Of a DNA stretch of 64,000 nucleotides, positions 53,871 to 64,000 are shown in pieces. Location: assembly GCA_951406725.2 (NCBI GenBank), contig OX597823.1, positions 70,990,001 to 71,054,000 on the forward strand. Reading direction: 5' to 3'. The notes under the pieces were generated by a model. It saw only the letters and a list, made by a program, of their open reading frames with translations. It ran no database searches and was not told the origin of the DNA. The position numbers and the translations under genes are program-made. Origin of the DNA: Octopus vulgaris (Eukaryota). How positions within the stretch are numbered: position 1 is the first letter of the stretch; the number at the start of each line of letters is the position of its first letter.

Positions 53871-56218
53871 TGGTAGAGAAAGTCACGGTTTGGTAGCAGT
53901 TTTGAGGTGATAAAGATTTTGGAATGTTGCAAAACATATACACACACACTCAGACATGCACACGCAAGGAAACAGAGGTGCATACATATACAAACACACA
54001 CACATACATAAAAAGCCCACAAACGTGCACACGCAAGCACATGAATATGCAGAATAATACATACTGATGCGCACACATACATATATACATATGCATACAC
54101 ACACACATATATATACACACAGGCATACATACATACATGCATGCATAGGCACACACACACACACACACACACACACTGACCCACATACATGCGCACAAAC
54201 AAACAAAAAGGAACGCAGTGGAAATAATGGACAGAGTCAAGACTATTGAAAAGGTTGCAAGACGCAACGAAAATTTTAGGAAATTATAAATAAGAAATAA
54301 GTGGAAATTTTACCGGTGAGTGTGTTACATTATAAGGCACAGAAAGAAAATGACTCTCCCCAGACACAACAGACTACAGTTAGGTCTCATAATGTTTAAA
54401 TGTATTTCAGTTCTTCTGATAAGTTGTTCAGGATATAAAATTGCTTAATGATGAATATCATTAGCACAAATATGCAAATTAGTCTACCGACCGTTGTGTT
54501 TGTATAGTATATGTCAGTTTTATATAGGAGGTGATCTGTCTTCTCTGAGGATCTGCCTGAAAAGCTCTCTATGACTTCAGATATTGTGACTGAAGAAATC
54601 ATTGTTTATAAAAACAATAGCCTATTTTCCCATTAGTTCTTTAGATACTATAAAAACACCACGTTTTGAACGTGGGCTGCTGTTTGAAACGACCTTTTTA
54701 TCGCAACGGCCAACCTACGTGGATGTTGACAAGCATGCATTACACACTTTCTTTCTCAGGCCAGAGTAACAGACGAGAGAATCTATCGTCCGCTGAAGGT
54801 TAGGATCTGTGAACAACTTAACTCTATTCGTTAATATATACGGGCAACATTAGCTACCTTAAACTGTATCACCGCAGAACTGGTATCTGGAGCTATACTT
54901 AGGTTGCCTGAACGGAAGGAGATCACCCTTAACAATCAAAACACTGAATATATGCCCCCACGATGTGACTAAATGTGTCTACTGAATGAAAAATATGCTA
55001 GATTCACGAGTCCATGTAAATAACGAAGTGTTGTGGTAGTATCTAAAAAGAAACTGAGGCGAAAATACTCTAACGTTTTTGTAAGCGATGGTTTTTAAAG
55101 TAAAGCACTTCAAATACAATGTTTGAGCTCATATAACAGCTGTTCGTCACACGCCTAAGTATTACGTCTTAGATATTATAGGCCGGCGTCAGACTGTCAG
55201 TATTATCTAATTGAAAGTTGTATTCCTTGACAAAGAACTAAAAAAAGATCAGAGAATCTACTGTTGCATCTCAACATGAGCCAAAACGGACTGCGAGATC
55301 AGGCTGTTACTTATATTGGTTCAAGCGTTTGGTACACTATGTCGAAGATTTCGAAAAACGATGAAGTTTACTTTCGGACAGTATAACCATTCTGTTATCG
55401 TTATTGAGATTTTAAAAAAGCATTCGTTCTTGATGTGGATGGAGGAGTGTGTGCTAATGTAGCGACTGGTGTAACTTATAATGTCTTTAGTTACGAAGTG
55501 AACTGTGCTGTTCTTATTAATTCGATTAACAGTCTTGTTGCTTGGAAGTTATATTATTAACCGGCTTTCTTCTTTGGTATCTCATTGGTTGTTATTCACT
55601 AATTTTAATGTATATTGGCTTTTAGCACAAAAATGTTCAAATCGAAAACTTCGATCAAACAAATTGTAATTAAGTGGGAAATTTTCTCTACTTACTGACG
55701 GAGCCATCACTCCCTAAACAACACCATGTCTCACGTTCTCTATCTTTTTCTCATTTTTATCTGACACATATACACATACACATACACCGATTAAAGACAA
55801 AACTCTTCCATATTGACTGAGATATAATGTGTTCAACATGGTATTTTAACAATGAACTTTGAATACTGTCTATGCAGACAAATTCTACGCATTTGTGTCA
55901 ATAATTTTGTCTCTAACGACAATGTCCATCTCTGTCCCAAGGGTAATGTAAATTGTTCATGTGTTTGGGAAATAGTCTGTTACGCTATTGTTCAGTGACA
56001 AGGCAGGCACTAAAAATCGAGCAGTTTCTCCGTCTGTGATGTAGAAACACTATTTTTTTTATCTGATTTAAATTCAATTTCTTAACCGGACATATCAATA
56101 TCACCGAAATGTTAGTTTCTATTTTACCCATGACCTTCGTCTAAATTCACAAAGCGCGTTGTCTTATTAATGTATTTTCGATTGAGCGTCACGACTACCA
56201 TTAAAATCTATCATTTAC

Positions 56219-56262
<44 letters not shown>

Positions 56263-56340
56263 TGGTTGCTACGTGGTAGTTTCATGGTAGAATTAAACAA
56301 ACACATCCAATTAAAAGTAAATACATCATGACTGATGATG

Positions 56341-56383
<43 letters not shown>

Positions 56384-56386
56384 TAA

Positions 56387-58258
56387 TTTCTTTTATTGGT
56401 CACAAGGCCCGAACATAGAACAAATAAGGACAATTTAACACAAGGGACAAGTGGGGTATTGAACAATGCTATGTATACAATAACATAAAACAAATAACAA
56501 AACAATTAAACAATAAAAAATCCCCCCCCCAAATGGGAGCCCCTCACAGGGACAACCGCAGAACTTCACACAAACTGGTCTATATTTAAGAGATGAGGAA
56601 TTATGTACATTATTTACATTATTTACATTATTTACATTCGACGGATATTTGTCCTCATCTTTGTTGTTAACACAAGGTTTCGTTAACAACAAACAAGATA
56701 AGGAGAAATATCCGTCGAATGTAAATAATGTAAATAATGTTCACACAAACTGGTTATCCCGACCGTCAGGTGCGCCTCAGCAGGTTCCTCTCTCCTTCTC
56801 AACTCCTCTTGTTTACAAACGAAAGTTCACACAAGCAATCCTCACCACATACACCCACATTTCAATAAACTTACTGGGAGGCAGAACTCTACCCCCACTT
56901 TCCTTTTCAAGTGTAACTTGAATATGTCGATGAGGGATTGGCTGAAGAAGAAAGTAACTGTCTTTAGTCCTTTCAGTCTCGACCCCCACATTACCTCCTT
57001 CGTCATAGCCACCAGACTTCACGGTGGATTCGGCTGATAACTGGATCCGTCCTACAGACAACAGCTGTTCGACTAATGCACGGACACTGGACGAGTGTGT
57101 GCAGGACAGTTTCGTAACCCTGTGCACACCTCAGAGAGGTCCGTCTGAGAGTACTACCGTGTCTTTAGAGCTTGTATCGAGCCGGCAGAGCAAAACCGTA
57201 GCACTGCCAGGCCATGGATTTCTGGAAGTTATCCATAGGCTCCAGCTCGAAAGTACGGAACAGATCAATTATCTGATCTCTCCTGACACCCAGAGTTTTC
57301 CCAAGGATGTCGTCACTCTTGCCCATCACTAATTCCCGATAAAACCTCCACCAACCACGTTTCCCGACTTGCAGAAAGTTGTGAGCGCTTGCTGACACTC
57401 CAGCTGCCAAGCCCTCTTTCTTGGTCTACGTTTGATCCAAGGCCGTAACTCCGTCAATGAGACGAGCTGTGAAAAATTCTGCTTGACAAACGGCCACACA
57501 CGTTCACCGTTAAGATAATGTTGGAGATGTAGCTTCAGCGCGTGTCTGCGCATCATTAGCCACGGCATTCCCAGTCCTCCACTCAGTGGCTGTTGAAAGC
57601 AGGTGGACCGTCTGACGAGCAGAATACGTCTCTACCGCAAGATGCGGAAAAGCTTGGTCAGTCATGAAGCAGAGCAAGGGACGACGGTCAGTCGGTAATA
57701 GAACACGGAAACAATGTACGCATTCTCCACTTCCTCCCGACCTTTCAGGGACAGCTTCCTATCTGCCCATTTCTGGGAGAGATTGGCTACCCTGCTCGTC
57801 ACCTTTTCCCAGTTCTTGTCCACCTGTAGGTGCGGACCAAACCAGACCACAAGCAATTTAACCGGTCCTTCCGTCCAGCGCCCTACAACGTTGTCGGTTG
57901 GCAGGAACCTGCCACTCCAGGTGCCGAGCTGCAGGCCCACCGACGTTTTCTGGTTAATTTTTACTCCTGTCACCGCTTCGTACTCCCTTAAAGTAATGCC
58001 ATTCACCTCGATTTCCGACCTGTCCGACACTGTTACAGTGATTTCGTCCGCATAAGCCGACAGGGACATTCTATATCCTAGATCACGTGGAAAGCCCCCT
58101 CGAAATATGGAACTTCCTTTGTAATGGCTCGAGGGTTAGCACGTCCAAAAGGGAACAGTGGGAAACCTTGACGGACCGAGCGAGCAATGCTAAAGGATCT
58201 CGTTAGATGGCCGTGTACTTTGACTTGACAGATGGCTAAACACTCCGGTGTTACGAAG

Positions 58259-58260
<2 letters not shown>
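56387..58260 (-). mobile_element. 5'-truncated Tx1-clade (L1 group) LINE within (AAT)n
   Basis: Motifs VKVHGHLTRSFSIARSVRQG, AYADEIT, YEAVTGVKIN and W..RKLSLKGR. The 3' end is ...ccttgtgaccaataaaagaaa(tta)n, with (AAT)n at both ends. Confidence 0.85.
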
Positions 58261-58324
<64 letters not shown>

Positions 58325-59295
58325 AGGCATTTAGTAATCAATTCTAGGAGAAAGGAACTTAATTTTGTCGATTCGATTCACCTAAGTACTTAGCTGATGC
58401 TCTATTTTAATGACATCGGTGGGATAAATGTCAAAGTTGAAACTGGAAGAAACTGAACACAGAACGTATAAGCCATAAGACATAAACCAGAAGATTTTTT
58501 CAGACACGATTCTGCCAAATAAGGATTTCTATCAATGCTAGATTGTAAGAATCATTTGAATATCACTCTTTTTTCCTTATACTTACATTTAGATCTCATT
58601 TAGGTAAACATCGCCTTTCATCCTTTCGATTTCGATAAAATTCAACGACACTTAAGAAATGCGATCGATGTAATCGAGTAGCCAGTTCCTTCAGAATTTC
58701 AGGCCTAATGCCTATATATTATAAGCAATTAAAATTTTACCTGCGTCATTATTCACATCAAATCTGTTGTTATTACAAAACAAAGTTGGACAAACGAGAA
58801 GGGACCTGGTAAATGTGCGAATAAAATATTTGTGAAACCACAAAATTCTCTCTCTCCTTTCCTCATTCTTCCTATGCATCTGTTTCTGCTGTCTATCTTT
58901 CTGTTTTCTCTCCACTTCAGTCTTCCTTCCGCCCCCTTTCTCTTTGTCTGCTTGTCTTTGTCTGTCTGTCTGTCTGTCTATGTATCTCTTTACCTCTCTC
59001 TTTCTCTCTCTGTCGAATCGCAGTGGTGTACCATGACTGGTTCTGCCTAGTCGTTATCTGTTCATCAGAAATGTTTGCTTCATCCACTTTCAATAGAGAA
59101 AGAGATAACATCATGTAACTACATGTAAAGAGTGCTGACCACTAAATTTGACGGCCAACCATATTGATTAGCTCAAGTACTGAAACAGAACGTTGATAGA
59201 TAAAATGCAAATATATTTACGAGCGTACTTTTAATGTTAACACATACATAGAGGCACGCATTTGCACACACATCTCTCACTCTCTCTCTATCTTT

Positions 59296-59340
<45 letters not shown>

Positions 59341-59376
59341 AGCACACACACGCACACACACACACACACGCACACA

Positions 59377-59434
<58 letters not shown>

Positions 59435-59442
59435 CATACATA

Positions 59443-60310
59443 TAGGGTGAGTCAAAAGTAAGTAGCAATTAAAAATTGGTAATAAAATCCATATTCCTTT
59501 TACAAATGTATTGAAACAAGTGATGCATGTTCTTTATTACATGGAAAAATGAAACTAAATCTTCATATTTCAACGTAAGCACCGGCAACCAGTTTCCTCA
59601 AACTGCCAGGGATAGAATGAACAACCTTCTGAACGTCCTGAGAACCTCCTGAATCCGTGTACCCAGGTCCTCCATTATGTGAGATTTTCTCTTCTACATC
59701 TCTTTTGTGGAGCTCCACAGACAAAATCACATAGATTGAGATCTGGACTTCTTGGAGGCCATTCATGAGGTCTACCTCGTCCCATCAGGTTTTAGTCCCT
59801 GCATGCAATGGGGTCTCCACGGATGAAAATTCAATTCGTTATGCAACATCGTACGTATTATGTGCCTTGTTATTCCACTTGCACAAGGTGCTTGACGTGT
59901 TGATTTTTGCGGGCTACTGTTAAACATTTCCTTCACTGTTGCCACGTTCTCCACTCACCGAGATGTAGTTGGACGGTCACTTCTTGCATCGTTCACAGAG
60001 CCCGTGGTAATCAGCTTCGCACGGCAACTTTTTATTTTCTCCGGACGCATGCTTACCTTCCCATGCACGACACCATCTCTGAACTAAAACAAGAGAATTC
60101 CACACTTCACAGCGTGCTTCTAGCTTAGCTAGCTCCTGAAAAGTCAAGCGACCGGCCATCTGGAAAAAAAATTTTTTTTAATAAGACAATACGAAAATAA
60201 AACATCCCTATTAGTGTCGTCTGTTTAAAAAAATATTTCAATCGTGACTTCAGTGATACTAAAAATTCTATAAGCAATTTCTAATACCTGGTTATTTTCA
60301 ACCCACCCTG
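59443..60310 (-). mobile_element. Tc1/mariner-superfamily DNA transposon remnant
   Basis: Imperfect TIRs tagggtgagtcaaaagtaa / ttattttcaacccaccctg flanked by TA. Broken transposase with SPQKSTRQA, LNFHPW and WPPRSPDLN motifs. Confidence 0.82.
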
Positions 60311-60320
60311 TATATATATG

Positions 60321-60366
<46 letters not shown>

Positions 60367-60443
60367 ATCTAAACAAATAAGAAAAAAATACGTGAGGACG
60401 TGGTACAAGTACTATATTATCAGACGCTCAGGAAAGGAAAGAA

Positions 60444-60488
60444 AGAGGATTTAAGGTTTCGAGCAAAGCTCTTCTTCAGAAATAGAGG
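60444..60488 (-). ncRNA. Minimal hammerhead (canonical core) in a TA-flanked short repeat
   Basis: The minus strand reads tattt CTGAAGA a gagc-ttt-gctc GAAA cct TA aat. It is the same family as 15017 and 62136. Confidence 0.6.
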
Positions 60489-61475
60489 AAAATCCAAACG
60501 AAGGGAAGATGATATATATCAAATACATTAACTGTATAGCTACACACGTGCTGCTGGTGATTTCTTTCCCTTCTTTGGATTTATTTATATATATATATAT
60601 ATATATAACTTGGGAGAAAGGGGTAGTTGCCCGTTAAGTCATCGAAATCACGATGAATTTATAACAAAACCACTTTGTAATGAATTACTGCAATTGCTTA
60701 GAATGTATTTTTTTTATATATGAATCAATAGGCGAGCCTTTTCGTGATTACTCGGCTAGCTAGAAATAATATACAAATTGCCTGTTAGCGATTACAAATT
60801 AGATAGATTACTTAATGTTTACCTATGTACATTATACCTTCAAAAACATTGGGACATCACTGATCATTGATCTGCTCAACCAGGACTAAACTGGGATTAA
60901 AAAAATAGCTGCAACAACATTATCCAATTAGATTATTACAATTTTATCTTCAGTTGAATAGATCCCATTTCAGTACGATCAATATTATATTTAAATGCAA
61001 GATGATTTCTTAAAGCGGGAATAGAAAACGAGACGCTCACTTACATATGGAATGTAACAGCAATTTGATGCCTTTAACTTCTACAAATAAAAATAGTCTA
61101 TCCAGTGAAGTTTATTACACGCCATCTACGTACTATTATAAGATTTACGAAATGAATCAGAGAACGGCAAATTGAATAAATTCATTATCACACAATTCGG
61201 ATTTCTACAATGAATAAATTACATTACCATTTTGAATATTAATTGATTTGGAATGAAGACTATTTCACAATTCAGAGATAACCATTCACACTAAATTATC
61301 TCTTAGTCTATCTCATTCTCTCTCTCTCTCTCTGACACACACACACACATACATACACATACACACACATATATATACATTTATAAACATATGCACATAC
61401 ATAACTATGAGTGTATGTATATCTGTATATAGGTATTTATGTATCGCTCTCTTTCTCAATCTTTCTCTCTCTCTA

Positions 61476-61517
<42 letters not shown>

Positions 61518-61565
61518 GATTATATATATTATAATATAATATATTATATATTGATTATATAATTG

Positions 61566-61616
<51 letters not shown>

Positions 61617-61787
61617 TATATTATAATAAAGGTTGCCAATCGGAAATCGCTAAGAGACAATTTGAAGGACATTTCGATACTATTTCTAGCAAACCAGAAG
61701 ACCACAAATAAGCTGATTCATCAGATGATATATAAAAATATCTTTGCAAACAACTTCACTTATTCTAATTACAAATACAACTGGACG

Positions 61788-61948
61788 TATGTGTAGCTGT
61801 GTGATTAGACGTTTGCTTCCAAACAACATGACTCAGGTCTACTTTGTGGCAGCTTGGTCAGTGTCTTTTATTATAGACTCAAGTCGACCAAAGCATTGTG
61901 ATTAATTTTTAAAACGGAAACTGAAAGAAACTCGTCGTATATATACAT

Positions 61949-61984
<36 letters not shown>

Positions 61985-62462
61985 CACACAAACAAACACA
62001 CATATATAAACACACACGCACACACAGTTAATTGAAAGGAACAATCAATTCAAATAAACGAATAATAAAATTAACAGATGACAAGAGGACGTGCACAAAG
62101 AATATATTAGTTTGAGGCTCAATAAGAAAAGAGAGTTTTTGACGTTTCGAGCATAATTCTTCGTCCGAAAGGAGAAAGTGAAAAGTTCAAAGAAGGAAAA
62201 GAAATCACCAAAAGCACTTGTATGAACACACACACACATGTATGTATGTGTGTGTGCGCACTTATGTGTGTGTATGTGTCTGTATCTATGTTTGTCCCCT
62301 AATATCGCTTGACAACTGGTGTTGGTCTGTTTACGTCCCCGTAACTTAGCAGTTAGGCTAAATCGACCGATAGACCTGACTTAAAAAGTAAGTGCTGGGG
62401 TCGATTCGTTTGAAGTGGTGCTCCAGCATGCCCACAGACTAAGGACTGAAACAAGTAAGAGA
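61788..62462 (+). mobile_element. Diverged SINE family A copy with a PLE-type fragment (~62030-62220) inserted in its microsatellite
   Basis: Head at 61788-61940 and tail ctccagcatgcccacagactaaggactgaaacaag at ~62420-62455. The inserted fragment carries a decayed HHR at 62136-62170 on the minus strand. Confidence 0.65.
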
Positions 62463-62610
62463 ATAAAAAATGCGCGTGCGCGTGTGTATGAATTATGTTG
62501 AGAAATATATATACGTAGTCATGATTACCAAGTGCAAAACCGGTCGACTATGTATATGTATATATATCTATATCTATATCTATATCTATATCTATATATT
62601 TCTTTCTATG

Positions 62611-62802
<192 letters not shown>

Positions 62803-63179
62803 GTCGACCGGTTTCGCATATGGTAATCATAACTACGTTGTAATTGATAATGTCATAATTTCATGCTATCATTAGTTTTCATGCTATGCAGGAGAACAGA
62901 TATTTTGTCAATAAAGTTAAAGAAATTTTAGCCAAGTTAGTATGTGATTGTTATAATTAGAAGCTGAAGTGGTAATTACAATTTTCGTGGGAAGTAAATT
63001 GATTATATAGTGATTAAAATGATATATATGAATAAACTAAAATATGTACATAGTCCAAAATTGGTTATATGTTCATATTAAGGCGCGGTTGATGTTTTCA
63101 ATAGACGTAGTCTTTATATAACTGTTGTTGTGCAGATTTTGTTCCATAGTATTGGTATGAAGGGAAAACTTTGAAGTTT

Positions 63180-63700
63180 GGTTGGAGAATTCTCACACGA
63201 TGCTATTATGTGTTCACTTTGCGTTATTGGTCAATAACTTGGAGAACAGATTTGTTCTGTATGCAGTTTTGTTCATCGTCTGATAAAGTTTCTTGTTTGC
63301 TCTATAGTTGTGATTTAGATCAAGTTTCGGATACTTTTGTATCTTAGTCCTTGTTGAAAATGAAATTCCGAGTATTCCAGTAGGTTGGGACATCTTCAAT
63401 AGTTAGGTCGCTCGCATTGCTTAATTCTTGATTCAGTTGTTAGGTATAATTTTGCATTTGGCAGTATTCTCATTGGTGTGTTTGGTATTTTTTTAAACTT
63501 TAAGGATTTTATGTATGCAGAGAAATTGATTTATCTTAGGGTCCCTATTGATCATAGGTAAATTTTGAATTGTAGTGTTATAGTGTTATCTGCATCGTTG
63601 TTTCTAGGGTTGTGGGTAGATATACTCTGAATGAATTGAAAGAAATTGGCTCAAATCTAGCAATACTAATTAACAAAATCGATTAATTAAATTGCTGTAC
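63180..63700 (-). pseudogene. Possible decayed Penelope-like ORF fragment
   Basis: KKLYQTMNKTAYRTNLFSKLLTNNAK weakly resembles the PLE linker (KIFNRNTVKISYRT...IISxHNxK). Confidence 0.3.
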
Positions 63701-64000
63701 ACGAGAAGCAAGAAAGTGATTGAAAGATATTCTACTGAATAGGTTCGTCAAAAATAGGGATCAGTTATGTACAGCCTCACAATCGACTTTGGTAAACAAG
63801 TTTCAGAAATGCACCCCACCCTAAAAAAAAGGCAAAGCAAAATACAAAATGAAATTATACCAACATCAACATGTTTAATTAAAAGCCATTTTAGCCATAT
63901 TTGGAACCCCAAATTTATACGCTAAAAGGTCGAAAACTATATACAATAGAGTATAATGAAAAATATTTTTTTCTGACTTCACCTACATGGAAAGATTTGA

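Overview
AT-rich, microsatellite-dense eukaryotic DNA. The SINE, LINE and microsatellite landscape suggests a coleoid cephalopod such as Octopus; this is an inference, not verified. The only host coding sequence I can support is three short + strand exons of a class B (secretin-family) GPCR of the CRF/DH44/ELH-receptor type (7361-7455, 48392-48492, 52418-52532). These exons are absent from the ORF track, and the first two are separated by a ~41 kb intron. The remainder is probably intronic and full of mobile DNA: three tRNA-derived SINE families, CR1/L2-like, R4/Dong-like and Tx1-like LINE remnants, decayed Penelope-like elements (PLEs), an internally deleted Helitron, a Tc1/mariner remnant and a hAT MITE. 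The most notable hidden feature is about ten recognisable type I hammerhead ribozyme (HHR) motifs, plus several decayed ones, from several unrelated short repeat families. Most sit next to (TA)n tracts and several occur as fold-back (inverted) pairs. Four carry a non-canonical CCGA core in place of CUGA. All folds were made by eye and none was computed. Most short ORFs in the supplied track are microsatellite artefacts.
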